NCBI GenBank assembly: GCA_964016885.1
Contig: OZ024745.1
Coordinates: 9,548,001 to 9,612,000, forward strand
Direction of reading: 5' to 3'
DNA: 64,000 nt
DNA from: Eledone cirrhosa
Taxonomy: Eukaryota
Shown here: positions 13,348-28,085 of the stretch, piece after piece
How the letters are laid out: every line of letters starts with the position of its first letter
How positions within the stretch are numbered: the stretch's first letter is position 1
Made by a program: the position numbers and the translations under genes
Notes under the pieces: generated by a model
Seen by the model: the letters and a program-made list of their open reading frames with translations, nothing else
What the model was told of the DNA's origin: nothing
Databases searched by the model: none

Positions 13348-13843
13348 GTAAGTTCAATCCAACTTTTTACAAATATGATTAATTGTAATATATCCACTGG
13401 CCGTTAGATATGGTTCTCTTTGGTGTAATGGTAGCTGTCCAGCATATAACAAGTGTGAGTTTGAATCTCACCGACAATGCTTTCTACTTTTTTCTGTCTC
13501 TAGGGGCCTATTTACTCAACTTGTTCAACTATTTTTTATAGTACAAAAAAACCTTAATTGAAGCAGCTTACTTTATACTAACATACGTTCAAGTTCATAA
13601 TTTGCTCAACACTGTGAAAAAATACAATTGAATAATGGTAATGATTTCTAAATTAGGCACAAGACCAAGAATTCATGGGGAGTGGAAAGTTGATTAAATT
13701 AACACCAGTACTTATGATATTTTATTTTATTTACCTCAGAAGGATGAAAGACAAAGTTGACTTCAGTGAGATTTGAACTCAAAATACTGCTAAGCATTTG
13801 TTCAACACTCTGATTCAACCGATCCACCATCTTTAATAATAAT

Positions 13844-14031
13844 TGTTTCTACTTTAGGCACAAGGCCAGCAATTACCCAGTGCATTACTGGTACTTTATT
13901 TTATCGACCCCGTAAGGATGAAAGGCAAAGTCAACCTCGGCGGGATTTGAACTCAGATCGTAAAGGGACGTAACTATGTTGGAAAGCATGGCGTCCGACC
14001 CTCCACCGATACTGCCAATCCACCGCCCTTA
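13844..14031 (-). mobile_element. tRNA-derived SINE family 1, full length with 18-bp TSD
   Basis: TSD ACCATCTTTAATAATAAT at 13826-13843 and 14032-14049; lies next to an older, diverged copy at about 13640-13825. Confidence 0.88.
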
Positions 14032-15804
14032 ACCATCTTTAATAATAATGATAATATTTCTTTCTAACATTGGCACTCTCTACTATATGACATGAAATAT
14101 TTGATAGTATAGTCTTACAATAACCTTTAAAATGGTTATGACTAGAATACCTAGTGATATGTATTTTTTAGAAGCAAAGTGAGCATTTCTTACCTTATAA
14201 AAATAGTTTAGTAATTTAAATTTTTCTTCTCCCTCCCTTTCACATTTTCACTGACTACTAGATTCATTATCTTGGAATTATGACATGAAAATTTTGGAAT
14301 AATATCATAAATTAATAATCATGTAAAGTTTTTTCAAATTTCTTAGATTTCGATTTGAAAGTGTTTCTATCATTGCATGAGGTTAGCATTTTCTCAAATA
14401 TGAAACATTTCATTTGTTTACTTTTTTTTTTTTTTTTTTTTTGGTCATACCACTGTGTTTTATGACAATTCTGTTCAATCAATGCTGACCTTGGGGCTAA
14501 ACAGCAACTATAACTATTAAATAGGAAGTTATTGTCACCAGAAGGAACTAAAACTATAAAGAAAATATTATTTGTCAAGTACTAAGATGGTCAGGGAAAT
14601 CATAAATAAAATATGTTTATGATGGCTAAGACAATGCGAAATGGACGGTAAAATTTAGTTTAAATGAAGGCAACAAAAAAGTTTGTTACCTGGTTGGTAT
14701 TTATTATTTTTTTTTTTTTTTTTTTTTTTTTCCATTTTAATATTTCGGGATTTAAATATCCCTTCCTCAGAGTATGGAAACATTCCAGTCTTATTGCTTT
14801 GGAATATGATTTAAATTTAACTAAAATATTATGTATCAATTATTGAAGATGGTCAGGGAAATCATAGAAACATGCACGTAGATGGGATAGATTGAATGTT
14901 TCACATAGGATCATTAGTGTTTTGTTTCTGATGAAATATTTACAAAAAAAAAAAAATGAGAGAGAGACAATCTTGCGTCTGTTGACATAAAAAAGTATAT
15001 TTGGTAGTATCCCACTGGCTGTAATCTGGTGGAGGATGAGTAAGTTAAAAACAGAGTAGCTTATGACAACTGCCTAACTAATATATGAGTAAGCATTGAG
15101 GTGTGTAAACAACTTAGTCGTCATTGTAGAATGACATGAAAGAGGCACTAGTATGGTAGGAGTTTGAAGAAAAATGTGACCAATACTATGGTAAAATATT
15201 CATTAAAGAAATTGCTTTGAAGGTAGGAAGGATATTGGATGATTGTGGAAGTTTTCTCAATTGTTTTTAAGGAAATGGCAGCTTAGCTATGGAACTGTAC
15301 ATTATAGCAGTTGAAAGACTCAGGCATTGAGTTTTAAAACAGCCACTGCTGATGTGTACTAGAAATTTACTGTTATTGACTTAGTCATTGTGCTGAGCAA
15401 AGAGAAAGAGACTGTAAAACCCAAAGCCTCTGTCAATTTCTGCCAAAATATTTATATTTTGATGACTAGATATTAATCATACTATTTTTTAATGTAGCCT
15501 ATTGATGGTTTAAAGTTAGAGAAAATGTGTTTGTATGTAGCTTTAGAGAGTAGAAGAAAGATTAACCAAACTTAATAATAATAATAATGAAATTATTGTG
15601 AACAGTGTTCAGGTGCAATATCATCAATAATTTGATAAGATATGATAAATAGACTTTTACACATTGAGAGTTCAGTGAAGCATAGAAAGAACTATTGATG
15701 GGGATTGACTCAATAAATATTCTATGAAAACTTTGTTAGCCTAGGATTCCTTTTAGATTTCTTTGTCACAAACGAAGTGAATTTCATGTTGACTTTCATT
15801 GTAG

Positions 15805-15886
15805 CCTTCACAGAGTGATAAAACTGCTAAAGCTGAGATCAAGAAATATATGGCAGATTTGGCTAAAGCAAGAAAGGAAATAAAAA
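15805..15886 (+). CDS. FAM13A: FAM13A/B-like exon (PSQSDKTAKAEIKKYMADLAKARKEIK)
   Basis: TTGTAG/GTAAAG; resembles FAM13A [27 protein letters not shown]. Confidence 0.92.
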
Positions 15887-15921
15887 GTAAAGTATATCTT
15901 AAATATTATATCTATGCTTGC

Positions 15922-15952
<31 letters not shown>

Positions 15953-16084
15953 TATACATATATGTATATGTGTATATATATACGTATATAACCCATGCAA
16001 GCATGGAAGATGGACATTAAACGATGATGATGATGATATTTATATATATATATGTATATGTATATATATGCATATAAACATATA

Positions 16085-16393
16085 CTTGCTCAAGGAAACA
16101 ACACATCACCCAGTTCAATTCTCAGACCGGGTGATGTGTTGTTTCCTTGAGCAAGACACTTTATTTCACATTGCTCCAGTTTACTCAGCTGTAGAAATGA
16201 AATGATAGTAACTGGGGTCCCTATCATTCCACTGCAAAGAGGTCGTGGAGGTGCCACGGCAAAAAAACCACCCAGCACTCACTGTAAATGAGGTTGGTGT
16301 TAGGAAGGGCATCCAGCTGTAGAAATCAAGCCAGAATCAGTTCCCATCCCACCCTTGCAAGCAGGGAAAAGCGGACGTAAAATGAAATGATGA
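16085..16393 (+). mobile_element. SINE family 2, 5'-truncated or rearranged
   Basis: Near-identical to the body and 3' end of 32764-33093 and 48206-48544. Confidence 0.85.
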
Positions 16394-19025
16394 TATATAT
16401 ATATGTACACACACATATATGGCTACACAAACATGTGTGCTTGTGTGACACTCACATAATTTATTTTCATTACATGCATTGATCGAATAGATCGACAAGA
16501 TCCCAGGCCTCATTCATTACAATAGGGTGGAACTCATTAAATCAAAACAAGGAAAAAATGTTTCCATTGATACTATCTACCAGTCAAAAACTCCTGGCAG
16601 AGAAAGCAACATTGTCTTGTTGAAGGACATAATGCATTGCCCAATTCAGGAATATAACTTGCAATCTCACAATTACTTATCTAATTCTCTAACCATTAAG
16701 CCATGTGCCATCACAACACAGTGTTGAACAGATATAACTTAGTTTGTATTGAGAATACAGTGATAATCCATATTTACCGTGTGGTGTGTACAAAAGAACG
16801 TATGGCTCATGGTAAGCTAGACAGAAGTAATTTTACATGCTACATGGATAACTAACAATTGTCATACAAAAAACAAGTTTATATACATAAATCACAGGTA
16901 TGTACACACACATATATACACACACACAAACATACACACATGCACACAAAACGGGTATGCACATGTATACACACATACATACTCACACATAACAGATGTG
17001 AACAGATATATACAACACATATACACACCTATAACAGACACATACACACATGCAGAACTGACAGAAATGTCTGAAGTCATGGATCTGTAGTGACCTACAT
17101 TCCGCGGGCTCACATACATTCTCTGTGCGCGATTTGGCTCAGCTCAGCCAATCAGCGCCAGTAGAAGAGAATGTATCCCTACGCGCCCTGAGGGAGAAAT
17201 TCATCGCGAGGATTTGAAGAATCAGCCTCTTGCATCCTGAACTTCGAAGGAACAACACGTACAACATGTAACGGTGAAATTTTGCACTTTGCACTTTGGC
17301 CTGCCGGCCTGCCTCGGGCCTGGCACAATGGCACATTCCTTTTGTAACCTTTTTTAGGTTGAACTACAATCATACAATTTAACAAACATTACTTTGTGCC
17401 ACAACAAATAAACATACTTTTCATCTCACGAACATTCTTCTTGTTGACGTTGTTATCAAGTTACTCGTTTGTCGATATGACTAACACATATTTCTACCAA
17501 ACTGATTACTCGTGGCGTTATAACAATTACATTATTTCCTCTAACAACTTTGCTACTACATTAAGAACCCTTACCATCTGCTAAAGATCTATACCAGAAA
17601 CATTCCTCCCCAAGAGTCTGGCCTAGGTAAGGTCTTATAGATCAGCAGTCATCCCCACTGCCACCATCCCTAACCCTCTATCCATACATGCCAGCCTCTC
17701 CAATTCACACCACCTTTACTGTCCAAGAGGACAGCAAAGGTGAGTACAGCCTTGTCACTGGTCAGGAACTCCTCCAAATGTAAAGAGTTCAGAAAGATGC
17801 TAGAAAGCATTATGTTGAACCCTTTAACAATACTGCTAAGTCACTGCCCACCTCGACTTGTCCTTTATCAAACCCAAAAGGATGAAGGGATGAAGGTCAG
17901 AGTTCAGAGATCCAAAATAACTGCAATTGATTCAAGTTGAGGCTCTAATAACTCTGATAATTCACTACCTTCTTATGTACACATAATGAAATAACACACA
18001 CACGCACATACTCACACACATATGCATTTATGTTAGGTTGTTTGCCAATGGGTAGAATGATGATGCAATAAATTAAAGCACTCAACATAATGCAAATCAT
18101 CCATCGTAAATGTGGTATCCCTTGGCTGGTGCAGGGACGGAGTTAAGTATTCATTAAAAACAAGGGACGGTTGGACTGGAAATTTAGTTTAGAATTTTAA
18201 TTCCACAAAAACACTACATATATCGATGGCCCAGCTTTATTATTCAATCATGATGCAAGACTTAAGCAATTTCATTAGATGTTAATTGCAGAATTAGTTC
18301 TATAAGATAACAGGATTACGTAGAACATAGAGAATAGAAAATAGAAGACTGATTTGATTTGGGGATGGCCTGCTAATTCAGTGTTATAGCAATGGCAGGA
18401 CATATGTTGTGTGTGTGTACACACACATACACAGAAACAATAGGCATGCACACTTAGGCACATACACAAAAATAAATCAATAGACATGTAGACAGACAGA
18501 AAAAAAAGCCTACATGCACAACAGAGAGATAAACTACACAATATAATGCCAAAATAAGACCAACATTGGATTAATATTTATAGCAGATGTACACACACAC
18601 ACACATGTACACACACACACACACGACAGACATGTATATACACACACACACCAGTAGTTTATAGTACTGCTCATACTAAACATGCACACATATGCACCCA
18701 AACATGACAGTTGGCAGTTGTGTGAGGCAATGAAGAAGTCTCTACATTGTCTATCAACATGCTAGAAATAACAATCAAATCTCTTTCATATAACATTTTG
18801 TTACAGTTATTTCCTGCATTTTGATTCCCACATATATTATCAAAGGATTATTGAAGATATTGATATATAGTCTGGCAGAAGAGTATCTATGGTTCTAACC
18901 ATACCACATATAATGAGACCCAAAATCACAGTCTTTGGGATTTTAGATCCATATTTTCTCTCTAGGAGTATATTTCTGAAATTGTTTTAGTTCAAAGCTA
19001 AAAATAATTTCTTATATTGCATTAA

Positions 19026-19258
19026 ATAATCCATATTCTCTGTTCATTGATCTGTAATCCTCAATAATCCATATTCTCTATTTATTGATCTGTAATCCTC
19101 AATAATCCATATTCTCTGTTCATTGATCTGTAATCCTACTCAATAATCCATATTCTCTGTTCATTGATCTGTAATCCTCAATAATCCATATTCTCTGTTC
19201 ATTGATCTGTAATCCTACTCAATAATCCATATTCTCTGTTCATTGATCTGTAATCCTC
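19026..19258. repeat. About 38-41-bp tandem repeat, about 6 copies
   Basis: AATAATCCATATTCTCTGTTCATTGATCTGTAATCCT(AC)TC repeated. Confidence 0.92.
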
Positions 19259-19520
19259 CTCAAACATTAAAATGGACTAGTCCCTGAAAATATTTTAATA
19301 TCATTTTCCTTAAAATTAGGTTGGAAAATTTAAATTTAAATAGAAACCCTTTAAAATGGAGGGTTTCATAGACCTAGAATTTGTTCGGTCGTGAAAGGGT
19401 TAAAAACATAATCATAATTTGAAATCATCCACTTAGCTGTGATTACTTCAATTTTCAACTGATCGAAATCCCTAAAGAATATCTTTTTATATATTTCATT
19501 TTTCTCCTTTCTCTCTCCAG

Positions 19521-19690
19521 AACTGAAAGAAGAAGCTGAAATGAGTAGTCGCAGTCGACATGGAAGTGGAGCATCATCTGGGGGTTCTGATTCTCCAACT
19601 ACTGTTCCGACAATGGAACAAACTCTTGAATCAATTATAAAAAAGCTGAAGGAAAAACGTAGAGATGCCAGGCGCCCTGAAGAATTGGAA
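19521..19690 (+). CDS. FAM13A: FAM13A/B-like exon (KLKEEAEM...PTMEQTLESIIKKLKEKRRDARRPEELE)
   Basis: Strong pyrimidine tract CTCCAG acceptor, GTATGA donor; resembles FAM13A PSVEATLESIQRKLQEKRAESSRPEDIK. Confidence 0.93.
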
Positions 19691-20112
19691 GTATGATTCT
19701 ATTTTTATGATATTAATGTTAGATTGTGAAGATGTTTTTCTTACAAAAGACATTGATAATGTTAGCATAGTCAGTTATAAAATAAGATAAAATATTTTTA
19801 TGATGATCAGAATTATCTATTTAGAATGCTAAAGGCTTAAATTAGAGACCAGCAGTTATTTCGTAAGAATTTCTTTTAACAATCAGATGATTGTAGCATT
19901 GCTGAAATTTTTATCTGTATGTTGTAAGACAAAAAGCATTTCTCTACCTAAGCTTCTGTCCACAGCTAAATTTGTAAATATAAAGCATGAAACTTTTACT
20001 TAATAAGAAATAAGGTGCGATGTATGTCTGTTTTCTCAAGGGCTTTTGTTATGTGAAATGACTTTAGCTTGAAATTGAAAGTGGGTTATTGTCTTTGTAT
20101 ACTCAGTAACCT

Positions 20113-21114
20113 TCATCATCATCATCATCATCATCATCAGGTTTAGCGTCCGTGTTCCACGCTTGCATGGGTTTGGACGGGGGTTTTCCCACTTGAGGCA
20201 AGAGTGGTTGTCTTGCTCGCATAGGACTGTCTGGCGGGTTTTCTACAGTTGGATGCCCTTCCTAACACCAACCACATTTACAGTGTGGGGCTGGGAGGTT
20301 TTTACCGTGTTGCCTACACGGCCACATTACAGCGTGGACTGTCTGGCGGGTTTTCTACAGCTGGATGCCCTTCCTAACACCAACCACATTTACAGTGTGG
20401 GGCTGGGAGGTTTTTACCGTGTTGCCTACACGGCCACATTTACAGCGTGGACTGTGTGTTTTTTGTCGTGACACCTACACGATCTCATTTGTTTCGGCCT
20501 GGATGTTGTGGGACCAACATAACTTTACATTGAAAGGGGCGGTGTGGGTGGGGTGGAGGTGGTGGGACGGGGGTGTGTTTTGATAGAGATGCCTACTGAC
20601 TGTAGTAGGTTTTTACTTTGTATTTAGGTAAGGCGGGTCTTCTCTATTACTGAGTACCGCCAAAGGTCTCGGTCCAGTGACATTGTCTTGGAGAGGTGTA
20701 AGCGTGTGAGGTCGGAATTTATCAGCTCGTCCCATGTTTTTCTGGGTCTGCCTACTCCGTGGCTACCGTCTATCTTTATTGCCCTGCACTTTGTTATACA
20801 GCTGTCGTCTTTCATGCGCATCACGTGACCGTACCAACGTAGCCTTCTCTCGAGTAAACAACATCTGATCCCTCTTATTTCTAATTTTTTCCTTAGTTCG
20901 TTTATGCTTTGCCGTTCACGTATATTACTATTGCACATCCAGCGGAGCATGCAAGCTTCGTTCCTCTCTAGTCTGCGTATATCCTCTGCACACAATGCCC
21001 AGGTCTCACTGCCATGCAGCATTGCTGTTCGTATGCAGGCATCGTATAACCTGCCTTTCATTTTTAGGGAGAACCCTCTAGCGGCTAATAGTGGTATAAG
21101 CTCTCTGAACTTTT
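20113..21114 (-). mobile_element. RTE LINE family B, 5'-truncated
   Basis: ORF 20624-21061 is almost identical to the C-terminus of ORF 53972-56353; 3' UTR with an internal duplication; (GAT)n tail. Confidence 0.93.
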
Positions 21115-22091
21115 ATGGCAATCAATATGTCATAGTATTTTTGCTGGCACCATAATAAAATGCACCCAGTACACTCTGTAAGTGGTAGTGCTAAAACCAC
21201 GATAAAATGTACGTAGTACACTCTTTCAAGAATAGCTACTAGATCTTCTGACAGTGTTACTTGCAATGGATTGACATTTTATCCAGGATGACAGAATTTT
21301 TTTTTTATTTATCTAAGACCCTGAAATCAGAGCCAGGTATTGGCATTCCCTTCAAGATATTTATTATCTAATGATACATTTTAATCTACTTTGATAGTGT
21401 CATAACTTTACACAGTATGTGCCAGATATTTTCTCACCTTTAGTCTTTCATTCTTATATCTTCTTTTCTCCATTGTAACTGTCGTGCTATATAGACATAA
21501 CTCATACACTTTCAAATGCTTTCTTATTTCATTCACTTTTTCTTAAACCACAAAACATTGATGAACCAAAATCAACTCATAAATACACACATTTTGTTTT
21601 GCTTATTGTCATAACTTCTCATTTATATAGATGTTAAGAAAATTAATGAAAGATTACTCAGAAATGACAAAATTTATATCGTCATCCTTGATAATCTAAA
21701 TGATAATAATTTTAAAATATAAACCCCAGAATTTAAAGGATTGATGAGTAATTTTAATTTATTTTTCTAGCAAAGAAAGCTTCAAAATATTTCAACTATA
21801 TTTTCATACATTAAATGAGGTTCTCAGAGTTACAAATATTAAAATTGGTCACAGAATTACTCATAGAAGATTGTAAAATTTCATACCCTGGAACAATTTT
21901 AAAAATTAGTTTTAATGTCAATTATTTCACATTAAATGATTAGTTTTCATAGAAAGTTCAATATTGTTGTGTGATTTAGAAACTTTTATAAACTTTTTTT
22001 AATGTGTATTTGCTATATATATTTATACTATATATATATTTGTACTATATATATATATTTATACTATCTATATATTTAAACTTGTGAACAG

Positions 22092-22175
22092 CTTATGAGT
22101 AGAGATGAAATCCAAGAAGAAAAACTTGCTATTCAGAAATCACTTCTTCACTTTGAGGGCATCCATGGCCGACCA
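22092..22175 (+). CDS. FAM13A: FAM13A/B-like exon (LMSRDEIQEEKLAIQKSLLHFEGIHGRP)
   Basis: AACAG/GTGAGT; resembles FAM13A [27 protein letters not shown]. Confidence 0.95.
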
Positions 22176-22521
22176 GTGAGTTACTTTGTCCTATTTGTGA
22201 AATATTTCTGTTACATAATTTTATTATTTAAATAATTTGTAATCCCTAGGTAGAGCAATAACTAGGAGATGGGAACATAATTTTGTTTTGTTAGTCATCT
22301 GTGGAGGTTTGAATCAGTAATAACTATATTATATATAGGCAAACATTGTTAATCTTTAGTATAAAAGATTAAAATAGATTTTAAAAAAACATTCCTTGTT
22401 ATAGCCATTCTTTGCTTTGAAGTTGGGAAAATGTCACCCCCACCCCACCCATATATATTGACTGAAATGAATTCTATATAGCTAAGTTTTTAATGAAAGT
22501 TTAATACTTTGTATATCTCTA

Positions 22522-24165
22522 CAGAACGGCATATTGGCAGTCATTAAAATGCCAGAATGACATATTGGCAGTCATTAAAATGTCAGAATGACATATTGGC
22601 AGTCATTAAAATGTCAGAATGACATATTGGCAGTCATTAAAATGTCAGAATGACATATTAGAAGTCATTAAAATGTCAGAATGACATATTGGAAGTCATT
22701 AAAATGACATATTGGAAGTCATTAAAATGTCAGAATGGCATATTGGCAGTCATTAAAATGTCAGAATGACATATTGGAAGTCATTAAAATGTCAGAATGA
22801 CATATTGGCAGTCATTAAAATGTCAGAATGGCATATTGGCTATCATTAAAATGTCAGAATGACATATTGGCAGAGTCATTAAAATGTCAGAATGACATAT
22901 TGGCAGAGTCATTAAAATGTCAGAATGACATATTGGCAGAGTCATTAAAATGTCAGAATGACATATTGGCAGAGTCATTAAAATGTCAGAATGACATATT
23001 GGCAGAGTCATTAAAATGTCAGAATGACATATTGGCAGAGTTATTAAAATGTCAGAATGACATATTGGCAGTCATTAAAATGTCAGAATGACATATTGGC
23101 TGTCATTAAAATGTCAGAATGACATATTGGCAGAGTCATTAAAATGTCAGAACGGCATATTGGCAGAGTCATTAAAATGTCAGAATGACATATTGGCTGT
23201 CATTAAAATGTCAGAATGACATATTGGCTGTCATTAAAATGTCAGAATGGCATATTGGCTGTCATTAAAATGTCAGAATGGCATATTGGCAGAGTCATTA
23301 AAATGTCAGAATGACATATTGGCTGTCATTAAAATGTCAGAATGACATATTGGCAGAGTCATTAAAATGTCAGAATGACATATTGGCTGTCATTAAAATG
23401 TCAGAATGGCATATTGGCTGTCATTAAAATGTCAGAATGGCATATTGGCAGAGTCATTAAAATGTCAGAATGACATATTGGCAGAGTCATTAAAATGTCA
23501 GAACGGCATATTGGCAGAGTCATTAAAATGTCAGAATGGCATATTGGCAGAGTCATTAAAATGCCAGAATGGCATATTGGCAGAGTCATTAAAATGTCAG
23601 AATGGCATATTGGCTGTCATTAAAATGTCAGAATGACATATTGGCTGTCATTAAAATGTCAGAATGGCATATTGGCTGTCATTAAAATGTCAGAATGGCA
23701 TATTGGCTGTCATTAAAATGTCAGAATGGCATATTGGCAGAGTCATTAAAATGTCAGAATGGCATATTGGCTGTCATTAAAATGTCAGAATGACATTGGC
23801 TGTCATTAAAATGTCAGAATGACATATTGGCTGTCATTAAAATGTCAGAATGGCATATTGGCAGTCATTAAAATGTCAGAACGGCATATTGGCAGAGTCA
23901 TTAAAATGTCAGAATGACATATTGGCTGTCATTAAAATGTCAGAATGACATATTGGCAGTCATTAAAATGTCAGAACGGTATATTGGCAGTCATTAAAAT
24001 CTCAGAACGGCATATTGGCAGAGTCATTAAATGTCAGGATGGCATATTGGCTGTCATTAAAATGTCAGAATGACATATTGGCAGTCATTAAAATGTCAGA
24101 ACGGTATATTGGCAGTCATTAAAATCTCAGAACGGCATATTGGCAGAGTCATTAAATGTCAGGAT
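22522..24165. repeat. 31/33-bp minisatellite, about 50 copies
   Basis: Unit CAGAATGACATATTGGC(A/T/AGA)GTCATTAAAATGT. Confidence 0.97.
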
Positions 24166-26413
24166 GCTTCACAGTATTTGTTCTGGGGTCAATTATTCCT
24201 CTATATCTCTTTCTCTCTTTCTATCCTTCTTTGGAAGAAATCTGCTGTATTCAGACTTGGAGAGATGGGCTCTGCCAGATTTTTTTAAATGCCCTAGAAA
24301 TACCATATGACAATATGGTGCCCCTATGACTCCCTCAAGAGTTACAGGTCCATGCATGCAGTTGTCTGCAATAATATTGCACATTGATGCTTCATAAAAA
24401 TTTAAGACATTTTTGGCAAATGTAGTAGCAATAAGTTCTCAGCAATCGGAGCCTCCTGCAAGATTTTAGCCACCAATTGGAACTATTTTACATCACTTAC
24501 ACAAGGCCAGCAATTTTGGGGAGGGGAAAGTCGACTAAATCAACTCCAGTATGTGACTGGTAATTTATTTTATCAACCCCATAAGGATGAAATCACTTAC
24601 ATTGATAATGTCTTCAACATCCTAAATAAAGTTAAATGGTTCCAATCAGAATTAGAATCTTTGGTTTGCAGTCTATATACTTCTCAATGCTTGTTTAAAA
24701 AACATATTAGTTTTAAATCTTTAAGCAGAGGAATAAGATGAGATGACGTGTATGCCTTTTCCACTGGCATTAGCAGCATAAGAGAAATAAAACAACTTCA
24801 CCTAAGAATTAAACTTGGGTCACATTATCATTTTTTGTGTGATGAGGGAGGTTATTTCTTACTTTATAACATATTTCACCTACAACGTCAAGACATATTC
24901 CATTAATCAACACACCATCATGAAATATTTTCATCATTATGATAGACCAGACTTTCTCAAGTTGCTTTCTATGTTGGGTGTAGTGGGATGAGTAGGATGG
25001 ACATTGACATAACAATTTTTTTATTTGATTTAAAAAATGTTATTAATGTAATTTTTTTATCTTCTGGGTATTTAAAAAAATATATAAAACATTTGTTTCT
25101 TTTGAATGCACTTGGTTAATTTTATATTATTCTGTATCAGATCTGTCAGAAATAGGTCTAGCCTTTTAATGAAACTCATCGAGAAAATATTTAAATTTAA
25201 ATTCTTATTGATTAGAAATATTGTTTATTTTTTTAATTTTTGTTTGTCATTATTAAATGATCATATCATCAAAATGAAAAAAGTAGAAAAGTTTATTTTC
25301 TATTTATATTGAAGTAATGTTAATAACTTAAATCAATTGTATTGTAAAGGAGTTTCCATCCTGAAAACTTCCAATCACTTTATTTCATTTCACTTTGCAA
25401 GTTAACTGCCATCTCTACTGCATAAATTCCTTATAACATTGCTCTATTCTTTCTCTCCTCTTCCATTCTCTTTCCTCAAGAATTAAGTAGTTTGCTTTGT
25501 TTAGTTCTAGTTCTCTTACAAACTCGCTCTACCTCAATAAATCTATATTGCACACTTATCTTAATGTTAAGTTCTTGTCTTCACACCTTGCGCTGCTTCA
25601 AAAATGAGCAGTGATAAATCTTTTGTTTTTCTGGCTTTAAATGCATTTTCCTGTCAGATTTAATTTAAACAAATCCATCCATTAAAGAAGAGATGAAAAT
25701 GAAAATTTACATTGGTAAATTTACGAAAAAACATTGTGTGTATTAGCTCTCAATTCTTAAAATGAATCTTTAATGATATAGCAATGATCTTAAAAAAATA
25801 ATTGTTTTGTTATGAATGTGTGTTTGTGTACACATCTATGTCTATGTGGGTAAAGCTAGCCTTAAGAGCAGCATAATGGTGAAATTTTAAAAAATCAAAG
25901 AAAGGTAATATGTGGAACAGATCACTTATTAAACTTTTAATATATTGCTATGTTTTCAAATTAAACTATCTGGGCTGATATGTAACATTTCTAAACTTAC
26001 TACTCCTGTGGAGAGATAATTTTCTGTACTGTACACTATTTAAGAAAAGAGGAAAATATTTCACTGTTGGGCTGGTCTTAACATAACTGACCTCTAAATT
26101 AGCTATGCACTGAATAAATTACTCTTTCTTTCCTTTTTTTTTTACTTTTCAAATCCAGTGGAAACAAGATTTTCATGTGAAGAGGTTGAGAGCTTAAATT
26201 GTAAAACTACTGTATCATAAGACAAAATAATTTTCTATATTTTATAATGAAAAGTATCTTAAAGTTTTTTTGTTTTTTTTGTTCCAACTAAATGCTGTTT
26301 TTGCATATGGGATTGGCTATATTTTTATTGTATACAATATGAAAATTAATATTTCAAATGTCCTCATTTGTATATTTATTTTATATGCTGTGATATTATT
26401 TTCCACTTTCTAG

Positions 26414-26497
26414 TCATCCAAAATATCAAAAGATTTGATGCGACCACTGTACAATCATTATCGTTTGGTTAAACGAATGCTTGCAAAACCTGCTTCG
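26414..26497 (+). CDS. FAM13A: FAM13A/B-like exon (SSKISKDLMRPLYNHYRLVKRMLAKPAS)
   Basis: TTCTAG/GTATGT; resembles FAM13A MKPLYDRYRLVKQILSR. Confidence 0.95.
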
Positions 26498-27504
26498 GTA
26501 TGTTGCTAATTATTAAGAGAATACTACTTTGAGATTGTTCACAAATTAACTTTTGTTTACGCTCATTAAAGATTTAGAAAATTTAAGAAATCTTGCATTT
26601 AATCTTATTTTGATATCTTAATAATCAAATCTGAGATCAATACATAGGATATCTCTCTGATAAAAGGAATTTGGCAATTTTATTTTTCATATTTATTGTT
26701 TTTTTACACAATAACAGTTAAAAAGTGATTTAGTATATCAATAACTCTACAGCTTTTGATTCTCTTTACAAAAATTTTCATGATCTCTATTGGATGCCTT
26801 ATTATTTCTATCCTCCTACCTTTTCCAAATTATCACTACACATAAATCGCAATAGTTTCCATTAGCTCATGTATATTACTTGATATAAATATTCTTGACA
26901 GTTATTGAATTACTTCCTAAGCATTTTGATATTTTGTAGTTTGATGAATGTTTCCAATAATATTAGAATTATAACTGAATGCTAATAATTTTAAATTTTG
27001 GAGCAATGAATGTTTGAAATTGATTTGATATTAATAATTCTTTCTAATAGGCCAGCAATTTTGGGGAAGGGAAAGTAGATTATATTAAACCCAGTACTTA
27101 ACTGGTATTTTATTTTATTGACTATCAGAAGTAAAATATCCTGAAGTTCATCTAGGATTTATTTATTCAGGTTTCTTGGAACAAACTAATTCCTGAAGTA
27201 TTTCCTTCTGACAGTTGCAACATGTATGTTCTTTCTTGAACATGGCGGACCTTGTTGTCTCTTGAGGTCACTGGTTGTGACTTGGTGATAACTCATATGA
27301 ACATAAAGCAAGATAAATGAAAAAATGATGATAATTATAATAATTGTTTCTACTTTTGGCACAAGGCCAGCAATTATCCCAGTGCATAATAATAATAATA
27401 ATAATTTCTACTTTTGGCACAAGGCCAGCAATTACCCAGTACATTACTGGTACTTTATTTTATCGACCCCGTAATAATAATAATAATGAAAATAATAATA
27501 GAGA

Positions 27505-27700
27505 TAGAAATAACACAGACAAATACATAACCAAAGCCCCAGAACTTACAAATATATACAGCATACAAAAGATAGTACTACTAGGCACTGCACACATAAT
27601 GCAAAAAGTACTATCAATACAATAGAAACATCAGCAAAAACTACACTTCTGATACCCAAGGCACACAGAGCTGTGCTCGGTAAAGCAGAAATGATGCAAA
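27505..27700 (+). mobile_element. R4/Dong-like non-LTR element, 3' tip
   Basis: NIYSIQKIVLLGTAHIMQKVLS resembles the R4/Dong C-terminal motif; embedded in (TAA)n repeats. Confidence 0.6.
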
Positions 27701-27863
27701 ATAAAAATAATAATGGAAATGATAATAATAATAATATTTTGGGAAATGAACAGAGTGGAAGTTATTCCAGTTGTAGTAAGAAAGGGAATTCAAAACTGTA
27801 TCTCAAAAATTTAGTGTGGAAATTCGGATTGTGTTGCTGCAAAAGACTGAATTGTTAGGAACA

Positions 27864-28085
27864 GGCAATGGATTGGCAGTATTGGTAGAGCATTAGACAA
27901 CATACTTTGTGGCATATAGTTACAGCCCTTTGTTTTGAGTTCAAATCTTACTGAGGTAAGCTTTGCCTTTCATCCTTATGGGGTTGATAAAATAAAGTAA
28001 CAGTCACACACTGGGACCAATTTAATCGACTTTGCCCTCCTCGAAAATATTGCAGGCCTTGTGCTTAAATCAGAAACCATTATTA
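27864..28085 (+). mobile_element. Older SINE family 1-related copy
   Basis: GGATTGGCAGTATTGG box A-like and GAGTTCAAATC box B motifs; shared body CTTTGCCTTTCATCC. Similar decayed copies at about 12170-12375 (-) and 62440-62610 (+). Confidence 0.75.

Noticed and set aside
17070-17400. CpG-richer patch with CCAAT as an internal promoter
   Set aside because: No supporting structure; more likely an unidentified repeat fragment.
22522-24165. Repeat-protein ORFs (LKCQNDILAES)n
   Set aside because: By-product of 33-bp minisatellite units; no splice support, and the host frame is complete without them.
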